A stretch of DNA of 64,000 nucleotides. Origin: Mytilus trossulus. Lineage: Eukaryota. How positions within the stretch are numbered: the stretch's first letter is position 1; each line of letters begins with the position of its first letter. The notes under the pieces were generated by a model. That model saw only the letters and a list, made by a program, of their open reading frames with translations, was not told where the DNA came from and searched no databases. Made by a program: the position numbers and the translations under genes. Of this stretch, positions 1 through 13,460 are shown in pieces. The stretch is taken from positions 15,996,001 through 16,060,000 of the forward strand of contig NC_086376.1 in NCBI RefSeq assembly GCF_036588685.1. The letters run 5' to 3'.

Positions 1-344
1 AAAAGTAAACCATCATAGGTCAAGGTACAGTCTTCAACACAGAGCCTTGGCTCACACTGAACAGCAAGCTATAAAGGGCCCCAAAAAATGACTAGTTTAA
101 AACCATTTGAACTGGAAAAACCAACAGTATAATCTATAAAAAAAAACAGAAACGAGAAACACTTACGGGTTTAAATGTTTTTTACAAGTTCTATGTATGT
201 AATAGGAATAAAGTTATTGCTGCCTGTTCTATGTCAGAATATTTACCTGATGTAATATGTATTTGCTATAAGAATATAGGTACAAAATGTATAGCTGCAT
301 GTTGTATGTCAGCTGTTTAACTAGATATGTATTGTATTTTATAG

Positions 345-417
345 GAACATAGGTATAGCTGCATGCTCTATGTCTGCCCGGGTTGGAGGTGTGGTAGCTC
401 CACAATTTGAAAGTTTA
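345..417 (+). CDS. Penultimate coding exon of an SLC22-family (MFS) organic cation/anion transporter
   Basis: Acceptor ttttatag| at 344 and donor |gtaagt at 418. Encodes (R)NIGIAACSMSARVGGVVAPQFESL, the typical SLC22 TM11 'R..G.G..S...R.GG..AP' motif. Phase 0 joins in frame to the exon at 963. Confidence 0.9.
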
Positions 418-962
418 GTAAGTATAAGATTACAGTAGTAGCTCCACAGTTTGAGAGTTTAGTAAGTTTAGAGTTTATGAACCAGACATATGTAAATGGT
501 CTCACAACTATTGATAAATAAAAAGACAGAATATGTTTACATTTATAAAGAATAAAGCTAATGCTAGAAATTGTTGTCCTTCTCTACTCATGATTTATCT
601 CTTGATTTTTGTCCCCAACACATTACATGTTGAGGACATACTAATACTGGGCGTCTATCCGTCATTCTGGTTTTGTTAGTGCTCTCACATGTACAATTCT
701 TTAAAGGTTTTAGGAAACTTGTATCATAGGTTTATTTCAGAAATGTCTTTGCTGAATTCAAAAAATATGTGTCCATTACTTCTTTTTTAAAAGAGTTATG
801 CCCCTTGAAAACATTAATTATATTAAAATGAGTTGCTCAGTATATATATAGCTTTTAACGAAGAACTCTGTGTAAATACAAACAAAACAAAGAATACAAT
901 ATTATTATGAAAGCACAAGAGTATTTATTATTTGCTTACCTACACTTATTGTTTTTGTACAG

Positions 963-1190
963 AATTCTATTCAGCAATCATTACCATTCACAATATTTGG
1001 AGGATTAGCATTAGCCTGTGGTGTCTTAGTTTGTTTCCTACCAGAGACTGCTGGGAGACCATTACCAGACAAATTAGATATAATTGTGGAAACTCAACTT
1101 ACTGATAAAGGGGAAAAGGCAGTAGATGAAGAAGAATTTCTAGAAAATACCCTTTTACAGAATGATTGTGAACAAGAGAATGTTTTTTGA
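963..1190 (+). CDS. Terminal coding exon of the SLC22-family transporter
   Basis: Acceptor tttttgtacag| at 962. Encodes NSIQQSLPFTIFGGLALACGVLVCFLPETAGRPLPDKLD...QENVF* (TM12 plus the LPET..LP motif of SLC22/MFS). TGA at 1188-1190. Absent from the ORF track because it has no start codon. Confidence 0.92.
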   Translation, partial: NSIQQSLPFTIFGGLALACGVLVCFLPETAGRPLPDKLDIIVETQLTDKGEKAVDEEEFLENTLLQNDCEQENVF

Positions 1191-4048
1191 GTTGCTGTGT
1201 TCTAATATAGTTATAGTTTATGACATTAATATTGTTACCCAGAGTGCAATTTCATTTAGATTTTTCTTAGGATGCAAAAACTATTGTAACATGTAAACCC
1301 GGTTTTGTATAGAAAATCTAAACTTTATATCAATAATGGTTACTGTTTGTTAATGTGTAAAAACTGAGTTATCCTTATCAAGAGAAAATGTGAATGAAAA
1401 TGTCCTTTTGAGTCAAAATTATGACATAAAAAGTTTGCTCAAATAAATTAATTATATTTGTTAAAAAGATATCAAATTTTATCTTGCCATGTTTAATGGC
1501 TTAATGCCATACCAATGTGTTCAATTTTTTTTAGAATATTTATAAAACTAATCAATGAATGTCAATGATGACAATTTAGCATTATTGAGTGACAGATCTT
1601 GACTTTTATAAACCATAAGTTTTGTACATATCAATGTTATCTGTGTGTTTTTTTGTTCTTTATTTAGACTTTTTAGTCAAACCATTTATATTAAACTACA
1701 GCTATGTGACTATTGCCAAGTTCTGTGTCAATCCATTCTCTTTAGTATTATGTTGAAGTGAATGTCACCATCACAACAGGCAAATGTTTAAAAACATTGT
1801 ATAAAAAGAGATTCTTACAATGATATCAGAGGTTCATCAGATTTATCTAATCAAGATAGTAAAATTTATAATTTAACTTTAAAGATTGATTACATGTGAT
1901 AATTCATGAGTAACTATGTAAGAATCTGTTTTTCTAATGATGAAAAAAATAATTTTCATTTTTTTGTTTAACTAAAATCCCTTCAAATGCCTTCCACATT
2001 CCAAAATGTTGTCAATTTCATGAACACCTGTTAGCATATTTTAATTCATCCAGTGAGATGATAAAGGTTATGACCCTTTAATTCATCCAATCATTTTCTG
2101 AGATCACCTAGAACAACATGTTGATTAAATTTTAATATACAATGGGTTCACAAAGGTATACATTAACATAAAATTAGAGAAAATCATATTCCAAACTAAA
2201 CTCTTCCATGATTTAATTAGAATTTTATTTTAAACTTGTATTTACAGAAATTATGTATGTACTATTTATTCAACATTTATAGATATATTAACTCTTGTAC
2301 TATTGTATCAATCATTATTACACAAACTGAATTGTAGATTTTTATACAGATCGTCTCAATAAATAAACAGGCCTCAACAATATTTCTATAAACATAACTT
2401 TTAAAAAATATTTTCAGTATTTAAATTGTTTTAACATGTCTTCCTGAAAATAGAGCATTCAAAAAAATGAAAAGGAACAAATGAGTGTGATGCTCAAAAT
2501 TATAACTTTGGTGTGTCTGCAATCAAATTCAGATTTACATACTGATAGTCTCAGTATAAAATTATAAAATTAATAAGTATTTTATATTTATGTTATGGTA
2601 TGGTAATGTGATGTTTATCAAATTTTAATTGTCTCCTATTGGACACAAATCTGTATTTATTTCACACTATTTGTTATTTGATAAGGAATTACTGTCTCTC
2701 AGGAAATCTATGAATTTCCAGGCCGCCTTTAACTAAGATTTGTTTCTTGGAAAAAAAGGGGGGTTAATAGGTGCCACTACACTTTGTAAGTTCAATCTGA
2801 ATCTCGACTTGTAAAGTCCTATACAGTATTTTTTGGTGTTCTCTGAACACTCCTAGCTATGAGTGTGATTTCTTCATGAATTGTTTTTTTTTCACAACAA
2901 AAAGTCCTTTAAAGTGTTTGTGCCATTTTTTTTAATTAACAAAGTATTACTGTTTAATCATGTCCCCAGCAAACAAAGTTTTGGGGTATATAGGAATGAG
3001 CCTGTCCATCCATTATTCTCTCTATTCATCTGTTCATGTTCCTCCTTAACACAACCTCCTCCTGAAAGGATAGAGGGATATTGAGGAATGTTAGGTCTTT
3101 GGTCAGTTGACACATTCCATATTTACATTCTTAATTGTAACTTGTAAGCACAACTCCTTCCAAATGAATAGATAGTTATTGATGAAACACAATGTGGAAC
3201 ACTTCCTTAGGCTTTACATTCAGAAATATAGTACAGGTCTTTTTAATGATAGGGGAGATAATCTAATTGCTTATTTCAATGCTGCAATATCTGCTGATAG
3301 TCTCTCTTAAATCCAACTCCTTCAACAGTTTTTATCAACCAAGGATATGACATGAAGGAATAATATGTCAATAACTGCTAGAATTCCTTTGTTAATTTAT
3401 TTATCATTGTCATTTTTCTTAATTTCTTTTTCTGATATCAGACTCAGACTTCTTTTGAACTGAGTTTTACTTTAAAGATTGCTGTGTGTTTGTATATTAT
3501 ATATTCTCAAGAGATAATGGGGCATTTTTTGCGCCTGTTCAAAGACAAGAGGCCTTTGTTAGTCTTGTATGTTTTTTATTTTAGTTCATTTATATATTTT
3601 GTAGTTAAGTGTGACGTCCATTTTCACGGTTATTTTCGTTCTAGGTCATTTATATTTTTGTTATACATTGTACTAATAGTATTGTTGGGCAATCAACAAT
3701 TCTAGTTTGTTTTACCTATTGTTGTTCAAAACTATAATGTAAGAAAAATTTATTATGGACCTAAAATTAATGCATTCCATTTAGCATACAAATTTGCATT
3801 GTTATGACAGTATTGAACACTGTCAACAATCAAAAATGAAAGTTCTCGGGGAGCAATTGATAATCAGCAAACTATGTTTTATGTGTATAAAGGATATCAA
3901 TGAAAGCTACTTAAACAAATTATTTCTAAAACTCTTTAGAAAAAAGTATGATTTGAGACCAGATGGGTGTTAAAATGAAAATATAATAGAATATTTCTCC
4001 AAATCGAAAAAGCAACCTTGAGTTTATGTGTTTTGACAAAACATTGGT

Positions 4049-5150
4049 TTTTATAGACTGCAAAAGTTGAAAATATTTTGGTGGTGTATTGGTATGACTT
4101 TGGCGTTGTCGTCGTGGTGGTCCGAAGACATTTTGTTTTTGCACTATAACTTTAGTATAAGTAAATAGAAATCTATGAAATTTAAACACAAGGTTTATGA
4201 CCATGAAAGGTAGGTTGGGATTGATTTTGGGAGTTTTGGTCCCAACAGTTGAGGAATTAGGGGCCAAAAAGGGCCTAAAGAAGCATTTGTCTTGGTTTTC
4301 ACACAATAACTTAAGTTTAAGTAAACAGAAATCTATAAAATTTTAACACAAGGTTTATGACCACAAAAGGAAGGTTTGGATTGATTTTGGGAGTTTTGGT
4401 CCCAACTGTTTAGGAATAAGGGGCCAAAAGGGTCCAAAATTAAACTTGGTTTAACTTCATCAAAAAATAAATTATTGGGATTCTTTGATATGCCAAATCT
4501 AACCATGTACTTAGATTCTCAATTTTTGGTCCTGTTTTCAAATTGGTCTACATTAAGGTCCAAAGAGTCCAAAATTAAACTTAGTTTGATTTTAACAAAA
4601 ATTGAATTTTTGGGTTTCTTTGATATACTGAATTTAAACATGTACTAAGATTTTTGATTATGGGCTCAGTTTTCATGGTGGTCCAAATCGGGGACCCAGG
4701 GGTCTACAATTAAACTTTGTTTGATTTCAACGAAAATTGAATATATGGGGTTCTTCAATATGCTGAATCTAACCATGTATTTAGATTATTTGGACTGGTC
4801 ACTAAATTGGTCCACATTGAGGTCTAAAGGGTCTAAAATTGAACATTATTTGATTTCATCAAAAAATGAATTCTTGGGGTTCTATGATATGCTGAATCTA
4901 ACCATGTGTTTAGATTTTGGATATTGGACCATAATAGGTACATGTCCAATGTTAATTTTTTAATTTTTTAAGTTTAAGTTCTTAGACCACATTCATAATG
5001 TGTAAGAAACCTATGTTGTGTCAACTATTTAATCACAATCCAAATTCAGAGCTGTATCAAGCTTAAATGTTGTGTCCATACTTGCCCCAACTATTCAGGG
5101 TTTGACCTCTGGGGTCGTTGAAAGCTGAGCCCTGCCGAGCATCTGGTTTT
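4049..5150 (+). mobile_element. Helentron-associated (HINE/DINE-1-like) non-autonomous element with internal tandem repeats
   Basis: Starts in a T-run with ttatagactgca, then a GTC/GTG microsatellite-like stretch and internal tandem subrepeats (gatttt-gggagttttggtcccaac; gatatgctgaatctaaccatg). Ends with the inverted subterminal motif (ggggtcgttgaa) and a GC-rich short hairpin before a T-run. Confidence 0.6.
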
Positions 5151-7184
5151 ATTTCAAACACTTTCTTAATATACGTCATACAACCAATATAGAGAAGTTG
5201 CTAAATTTTCCTGAAATAATATTATTTTACTTTAATCTTGAATTGAAGAGGTGAATGTCAAATTATATTATCAAACTAAAGCCAATGTTTTTATCAAGTA
5301 ATGGTATGCCAGTTTTTTTGTTTTTTTTTTGTATATGATTGATAGGTTTTCAGGCCCAAATACGTTCCAAAGTTCACCTTAGCTATGGTAATATTCTGTA
5401 ACAATAAACACACGCTCAAGTGAAAGTAAACTGGGATAACTTTAGTCAGTTGGTTAAACTTGAAGTAATGATTCACAAGTTAGGTAATCAAATTTTCAGG
5501 GATGAATTCTTTTAGAGGTAACAAAAAGTAAAATATCAAAAATACTGAACTCAATGGAAAATTCTAAATAAAAAATCCCAATTAAATGGAATAATCAAAA
5601 CCTCAAACACATTAAAGATTGCTTGAAACAAATGAAAATCAAACTATCTTTGCAACATTGAGATTGTTCTCTACATATCTATTTAATCCTTGTGATATTT
5701 TTTATGCTGGCATTTAGCTTTATCACAATGTTTATAAATACAGTTTGTGTTTAGATGTAAATATGTGTTAAAAATCATTGAGATATTTTTTAGGCATTTA
5801 AAACATTTAAGGCATTTAATTGTAATTAAAGTTTGTGATGAGATAATCATATGCATTATTAATAGTACTATTTATTATTGTAAGTGTGAGTATTTATATT
5901 TGAATTGTTTCTATTTTGTAGCGAATTAAAGCATAATGAATGAATTGTTACTTTACATTATATGGCCTAAGATTGTACTCTGAAAAGAGAAAAACAACAG
6001 TAAAAAAAGTTTGAAAGAATGCATGGGGTTTAATGTTTATAATAAGTTTGAATGAACTTTTGCCTTGCCTGAAATGATAGTTAACAAAGAGGCAACAGTT
6101 CTATACCAATGTTCAAAACCAGTTTATCTATTTTGAATATATAAAAGAAGAGAAAATAATTGTGGAAATTGCAAGAACAAACCTAAATGCATGGTAAAGG
6201 CTTTATTCTTTTCCTGCTTGCCTTTAAATTTCAAAATGTCTTAGACTTTTTGTATTATTTTTCTTGTGTCTGATTTAGTCTGTAATTCATAGCTATTCAT
6301 TCATATTCTCTAAAGCTGACAGCAATACTTGTGGAGCTTCTCCAAGTAGTTGTAAATGTTTTCTTACATTGTCAAATTGCTGACATTGACAAAAAAAGTC
6401 AATGGTACCTATTGTCACAAGTATTATTAATTTAGCTGACATATAAAAATCAGATTAAAATTGTAACAATTGTGGGTAAGTGTGGTTATTGAAAGAATTT
6501 GTTCTCCATTGTTTTATTTTGGTTATTTTAGCTGTCAGAGGCAGAAGAGCCATGTAACCACCTGATTCACTTGATGTTTGTCTTTTTTTGTCATTGGTTT
6601 ATCAACCGTAGAGGCCTGCTCACATTTTAGCTGATCAAATGAAGGATCAAATTTGCCTCAATAGGCTAACAAAAAACGGAATCTAGAAAGAATGTATTTG
6701 GTTCTATTGGGAATTTTAGATAGTAGAAATTATTTTATGCAACTTAAAAAAAGACTTTAACTGAAAATTTTCGAACTGTTTTATATGCATAAAAATAAAA
6801 AATGAATAGTTGTACATCCATACAAAATACCTTTAGAATAAAGTTAGCTTATTTTCCCCAAAACAAATCCATAATTTTGTTCCTTAAAATTGATTTGTTA
6901 ATGCTTGATATTGATTTATGTTTAAAAGAAGGGAAGTAATCTCATGGCAATTAAAACGAAATCAGACATTTCAGAGTTGTTCCTCCTTTGAAGGCAATTC
7001 GTCAACATTACTAAAAATAGCCTTTTTTGTGTTTTCTGATTGTCTTAACTTGAGAAATCTTTTGCTCCAGAATTACTGAACCATTTTGAACATAACTTGA
7101 TGAATAGGTTCCAGTGACAAGGTTTGTTTCTTAAATATTAATCAAACAAAGCATTTGATATTGAAATCCTAAGGGAGATTGACC

Positions 7185-7333
7185 GTTTCAGAATCCAAAA
7201 GTCTATTTATTTCATTGTACCTCAAAATGAAAACATCATTGGTTGAATTTTATCATTTAGATCGTTCTAAGCCAATCAAAACGTTTTGATATAAACGTTT
7301 GAAAATATTGGCGAATACATTAGATTCTGAAAC
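7185..7333. mobile_element. Short palindromic MITE-like element
   Basis: Terminal inverted repeat gtttcagaatc ... gattctgaaac with internal inverted attggttg / agccaat. Confidence 0.45.
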
Positions 7334-7703
7334 ACGAATTTTAGTTTTCATTTTTTTTTCTCAAGAGAAAATTAAAAGAAATTAACCAAATCTTGCCGAA
7401 AACTTTCATTTGAAGGAACTTAATGAGTGTTGTAATTTGGTCTAGATGAAACATAAATATGATCACAAGTAGTCACAATTGTCCAATTGGTCTATAATTT
7501 AATATTTCTAGAAGCATTTGAAACTAAAACGGCCATACATGATCCCGTGAAGATACTTACCACGATTGTCTGTTTAAAGCCGCTGTGCATTTAATATACC
7601 TATCAAAAGGAGGATGACTACCTTTGCACTGAAACCCTGACTTTTTGGATTATAGGTCTTCGTCTTTTAAATTAGCTTTGGATTTCAAATATTCTGGCAA
7701 CGA

Positions 7704-7747
7704 GCATCACTGAGGAGACATGTATTGTCGAAATGCGCATCTGGTGC
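7704..7747 (+). ncRNA. Minimal type I hammerhead ribozyme (intact core)
   Basis: gcatca CTGAGGA GACA-tgtat-TGTC GAAA T-GCGC-ATC^ tggtgc. Helix I gcatca/tggtgc, helix II GACA/TGTC, palindromic GCGC helix III, AUC cleavage triplet ending at 7741. Confidence 0.85.
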
Positions 7748-8051
7748 AGGACAATTGGTACCGTTAATGTTATTACTACCACTGGGTCGATGTCTCTGCC
7801 GGTGGACTATAAGTCCCCCGGATATCACCAACCCAGTAGCCAGTACCTCGGTATTGTATGAAATTAAAGATTGTTTGTGTTATTAAAATTTGCTGTTACA
7901 AAATGTTAGAAATAATTATAAATTCAGGAATGTATCTCCCTCATGCAAAGCTCTGATTTCTTTCACGGATTTGGATATACTTTTTGGATTTTTTGAATTA
8001 TAGCTCTTCATCTTTTAAAAAAGCTTTGGATTTTAAATATTTTGTCAACGA

Positions 8052-8095
8052 GCATCACTGAAAAGACATGTATTGTCGAAATGCGCATCTGGTGC
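8052..8095 (+). ncRNA. Hammerhead ribozyme copy with mutated core (CUGAAAA), probably inactive
   Basis: Identical to 7704-7747 except CTGAGGA>CTGAAAA, which loses the conserved G8. Confidence 0.7.
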
Positions 8096-8990
8096 AGGAA
8101 AATTGGTACCGTTAATGTTATCAAATAACTTTGTGCTTTTCTTTTCAAGACCAAATTATAAGAAATGAAAGCAAAACAAGCAAATATGTTCTTTAAAGGA
8201 TCTTTCCAAAAGCTTACAAGTCCTTAGGAAAAGTACAGTAAGTTGGCGCTGACATTTTCAAGAAATATAAGGACTCAATTGAAACAACATTTGAATGATA
8301 TGATTCATACGTTGTTCTGAAGATTCCGATGAAAATCCTCTTTTTGAATTTATGGCAATTAAACCAACAATCGATTGTAGTTAGTTGGTACAAGTGTCTT
8401 CAAAGACTTATTAGAAATACCCAAAACTGTTGTAAAAAGGTATATTTGAGATGCTGTAAAGATAAAAAAACCAACATGATTTACATCCATCCCTACAAAC
8501 ATATCAAAAACATAAATTGGCGACCCTATTATTGTCTTAGTAAACAAGTAAAGGTGAAATATCAAACGATAAACTGTAAGTTCTCTTACATAACGTTCAT
8601 TCTGTCCCATTGTACACTAATCTATAAATACGCTTACAACAGTTGTTTTAAAATCTTGTTTTACTGTATACGCTCATAATTGTGAATATCTGTAACTATG
8701 ACGGTAATCGCTCATTTATTTGATCTTATTATTCAGGTTAAGATCGCGAAAACTAATCTGGACCCAAGGTCATTGTTCCCCCTTTTCGGAAATTGTATAA
8801 AAGTATAGGTTTGAACGAGTCAATGTCGCTTTACTAGGTCTATTTGAATCATATCGTCTAATGAAACCCACTAGAATTGTCGACTAGAATAGAATTCATG
8901 ACAGAATTCTCTCTCTATTGATGTTGTGATGATTATCATATTTTGTTTAGTTACTTTCTATTTTCTATGAATTTTGCCCTTCACAAAATA

Positions 8991-9113
8991 GGGAAAACAT
9001 TATCAATTAAGGGCAATAACTCCTATAAGACTGGAAAACATTACTAATTAAGGGCAATAACTCCTGTAAGACGAGAAAACATTATCAATTAAGGGAAATA
9101 ACTCCTATAAGAC
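8991..9113 (+). repeat. ~41-bp tandem repeat x3
   Basis: gaaaacattatcaattaagggcaataactcctataagac repeated three times with few substitutions. Confidence 0.85.
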
Positions 9114-9796
9114 GAAAAACTATTAAGTTCATTTTCTTTGAGATCTTGTCTTGCTGCTCACTTATGTTATAATTATATTCGAAGAATTAGGGAAGAACAC
9201 AAACAATTGTTAATAATGTCCATGACTAAGTAGGTTAATGTTTTATCATGATTTGTGAATGTTAACCCATTAGGTATGAAAATGTCAAAGTTTAATACCA
9301 AAATGAATGTTAAAATGTGTGTGAAGTCTTGGTTTTTACTTGTTATACGAGATCATTCACTCGATCACTGCTATTATTCTTATGTAATATTATCTTTTTT
9401 GGGGACCGATTATTCGATGAGTTTAAATAAGTTGTAACTCTTTATTACATAATAATGCAGCAAATTTAGATGAAATGTATTCTCGTTAATTATTTTTTTG
9501 GTAACGTCTTTATTGTTTTTGTTGACAAATATATGAACAAAAACGATGCAATGAAGTAAAAGCAAAATAAACTGTACATTTTTTTCTGTACCGGATGCGC
9601 ATTTCGTAGAAAAAAATATGTCTCCTTATTAACGACCGAGTCCAAAATATTAACTCCAAAGCTTATTCAAAAGATAAGCTACAAAGCAGACAAAAAAAAA
9701 TGAGAGAAAAAAGTTTAACCAAAATAGGGCTTCAACAGGTGAAGATCTGAAAACACAAAAACACAAAACGTAGGTGTTATATTTATGCCTTACTGA

Positions 9797-11482
9797 AAGA
9801 GGGACGAAAGATACCAAAGGGACAGTCAAACTCATATATCGAAAATTTAGCCATGGCTTAAAATGAAAAAAAGAGAAACATACAAACAATAGTACACATG
9901 ACACCACATAGAAAACTAAAGAGTAAACAACACGAACTCCACCAAAAACTAGGGGTGATCTCAGGTGCTCGGGGAGGTAAGCAGATCCTGCTCTTTATTT
10001 GGCAACCGTCGTGTTGCTTATGTGATAACAAATCAGGTAAATAGTATAATTCGGTAGGTCACATTCGTGAAAGGGAAGAGGACTGTAGTTGCGACGTTAC
10101 CAACATATCCGATACAATTTGTGAAACGGTTATTCCATAACGATCAACCAACTGGCGTCCGTAAAATATACGAAGGGATGATTTCAACTTCACCATTTTG
10201 AACTCTTGGTTTAATAGCTTCCTTGTGAGCAGCAACCCATTATCAACAAAATTATGATAGAAAAAACAAGCACGGGATTATCGTATCAATTGGGAGATAC
10301 ATAATCCGTATGCAGGTGCTGCTGGAATGTTGCTACTTAGAAATGGAAAATTTACAATTGGAAAGCTGAAATCATCTCTTTTGTCGTAAAGTCTTGTTTT
10401 AAACCTACCCTCATTGTCAATTTCTAGATGTAAGTCAAGATATTAGCCGACTTAACTGTATTTGTAGTATCTTTTATCTCTAGTTCGATGGGATGGATGC
10501 GTTCCACGTAGTCACCAAATTTTGAATTGTTTAGTGAAAGAACGTCATCTATATAGCGGAAAGTAGAGTTAAAGGATATTGATAACTTCTTATCTTTCTT
10601 CCTAAGAAGTTCCTGCATGAAGTCAGCCTCATAATAATAAAGAAACAAGTCGGCAAGTAGAGGGGCACAGTTTGTTTCCATTGGGATGCCGACAGTCTGT
10701 TAAAAAACACGTTCTCCGAACGTAACAAATATGTTGTAAATAAAGAAATCAAGCATCTTGATAATATTGGTTTCAGAGAATTTTTTGTTTGAATCAGAGT
10801 GATTCTTTACAATGTAGGATTTATCCCTCCCTAAAACAAGATACTTGTATCTACGTTGGCCATTCTTTTTTATGAAGCAAAGTAATACCAACTCTTTCAA
10901 TTTGTCTTTTAGTTTGGAATGTGGAATACTTGTGTAAAGAGTAGAAAAGTCAAATGTTTTAACATTGTTACAAGATGAAAGAGAGTTGGATTGTATGTAC
11001 TCTAAAAGATCTTTGGAATTTTTAAGTATCCACATCTGAATCACGCCACCTCTAGAATAGGCAGTTTCACAATAAATTTGAAGCCCGTCTTTGATTTTTG
11101 ATAAAATAGATGTTAATAATTTAGAAAGAGGTTTCGTGGAGCACTTGGAAGACCCAGCAATATACCGTTGTTTGTAAGGACACTTATGTAATTTAGGTAT
11201 CCAATACAGTGATGGAAGATCCAGTTCTTCATCTTTGGTTGAGATACCTAAGAAACAAAGAACAGACCTATGCTTATCCAGGATTTCCTTTTTGGTAAGT
11301 GTCGTGAGGGTATATGTTGAGTTTCCAAGTGAATTGTCTATACCTAATTCGTTTATCAAGCAATTAATGTAATGACTTTTACAGACAAAAACGATGTTAT
11401 TTGGGGCTTTGTCTTCGGGGACAACAACATATTTATCATGGAGGTCGGATAGGTGTTTAGCAACATTTGGGTCTTTAAAGAT
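9797..11482 (-). mobile_element. 5'-truncated, disrupted Penelope-like (Naiad-type) retroelement, family B (RT plus 3' UTR)
   Basis: Minus-strand ORFs 10700-11545 and 10424-10681 give PLE RT motifs (LYWIPKLHK, TFDFSTLYT, GIPM.TNCAP, FRYIDD) with a stop at 10700 and a later frameshift. The 3' UTR ends ...ctttcgtccctcttt. Confidence 0.92.
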
Positions 11483-13034
11483 AGAACATTCACAAACGCA
11501 CAAACAAACAAATAATATAATAGTCGACACAACACTTACGAACAACCTCGATATATTTCATAATACATTGGTGTAACATATACTTGAAAGATAAATCAAA
11601 ACTAATTTCTTTAACTTGCCAAGAAATATAAAATGGTCAGTTGTACAAAAATGTATTAAGAATTGACATTAAACGTTCTGAAAATAAGATTGAAAATCAT
11701 TTTTTTCCCAGAAAGTCCAATGATTATTTTTTTTAAAAGTCGATATTTTGATGTCATGAATATTAGATTGAATTCTATATCAATGATTTAGAATAATCAC
11801 TGGGTAATAAAAATGAACTAATACTTTTCAGAGTTGTCTCTCCTTTGTTGACAATTCTTAAACAAACATGACATCATTATCTTTTCTGATTTCTTATTCG
11901 CTGAGCTTAGGATATGGCTAAACCCTTATAAACCTAACCAAATGCTCTTAAAGCATTTATATGATAAGAAAAGTTTTTTTTGTTTAATTTACGAAAAGAA
12001 AAAAAATCCTTTTGTTTATTTTTTAAACAAAACAGTATATATCAAAAGCAAAGAAATAAAATGAAAAGTCTAAATTTCGACCCATTGATCCTTATAAAAA
12101 CACATATTTCTATATTATTACTACAGCTTTGAATGGAAGAGGTGAACAATAGCTTGTGCGAAAACAAATTGCATCATTTGTGACGTCTTATTTTTTCTTC
12201 ATTTAAACTTCATTATTAATTCACTGTTATCATTTTTGAGTCTATAATTCGGGTAACTCATGGTTAGACAATGAGCCTAAAAGACGATCCAGTTCCGAAG
12301 AAGAAGGTGTGATCAAATTTATCTTTTCAGATTCCTCAGTTTTAAAAACACCTTTCAACGTAATTTTAGATAACTATTCATTATTCTTATAGATATCATT
12401 GACAATACTAGGAACTTCTGCTTGCATTTTTGTCAGTTAATTTCAGAACAAAAAAAATTGGAAAACTGCATTTGCCTCTGTCCTTTAAATGTAAGATTTC
12501 TTCGGGAAATTATAAGACAGATACACGCATTATTCAATCAGTTAATTATTTGTAACTCTTTATTACATAATAATACAGCATATTTAGATGAATTCTATTC
12601 TCGTTAATCATACGAATTGTAGCTTCCTTTTGCTTCGATGACAAATATATGAACAAAGAAGATGTATTTAACGCATTGGGTAATGTGTTTTACTACAGGC
12701 GGATCCGGAAGTTAAAAGCAGTGATTTCAATATATCATTTAGGAAAAGGAACAAAAACAATGATTTGAATAATTAATTTCGTTTTTTGAGTGACTTGCAG
12801 ATGATTTATATCGAATATTAATGGTTTTTCGAATAGTGCAATCTCACAGAATGTCTTTCAAACATTTTGTACATCATTAGATGGAATAGGCTTTCAAATG
12901 TTTGGTTTTTGGCGTTCCTGATGAAGGTTTACCCGGGAAGATTATTCGGACGTTTGAAATTCTTTTAACTTTTGTTCAGATATTTAATACATCAAACAAT
13001 ATTTGTTAAGGAATCATTTTAATTAATACACATA

Positions 13035-13460
13035 AAGAGTTCCAAATGGTGAAGTTGAAATCATCCCTTCGTAAATTTTACGGACACCATCACGAGTTGG
13101 TTGACCGTTATGGAATAACCGTTTCACAAATGATATCGGATATGTTCCTTACGTCGTAACTACAATCCCCTTCCCTTTCATGAATTTGACCTACCGAATT
13201 AGACTATTTACCGGATTTGTAATCACATAAGCAACACGACGGGTGCCGCATGTGGAGCAGGATCTGCTTACCCTTCCGGAGCACCTGAGATCACCCCTAG
13301 TTTTTGGTGGGGTTCGTGTTGCTTATTCTTTAGTTTTCTATGTTGTGTCATGTGTACTATTGTTTTTCTGTTTGTCTTTTTCATTTTCAGCCATGGCGTT
13401 GTCAGTTTGTTTTAGATTTACGAGTTTGACTGTCCCTTTGGTATCTTTCGTCCCTCTTTT
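13035..13460 (+). mobile_element. 3' terminal fragment of PLE family B
   Basis: Near-identical to 43772-44196 and to the reverse complement of 9797-10210. Confidence 0.9.

Larger units (their letters stand above)
7640..8121 (+). mobile_element. Retrozyme tandem repeat, family 1 (~348-nt monomer, about 1.4 copies, two hammerheads)
   Basis: Direct repeat with hammerhead motifs at 7704 and 8052 (348 nt apart). Matches the known architecture of metazoan non-LTR retrozymes. Confidence 0.85.

Noticed and set aside
8991-9113. CRISPR-like array
   Set aside because: Contiguous tandem repeats without unique spacers, in eukaryotic DNA.
12913-12955. Hammerhead-like cgttcCTGATGAaggtttacccggGAAg (also 14596-14625, 9590-9640)
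   Set aside because: The GAAA core and/or helix II is broken. At best an old relic, not a supportable ribozyme.
13229-13324. HDV-like ribozyme in the PLE family B 3' UTR (GGGTGC/GCACCT resembles P1)
   Set aside because: No convincing P3/L3, no J4/2 C-(G)-A-A and no P2 pairing could be built.
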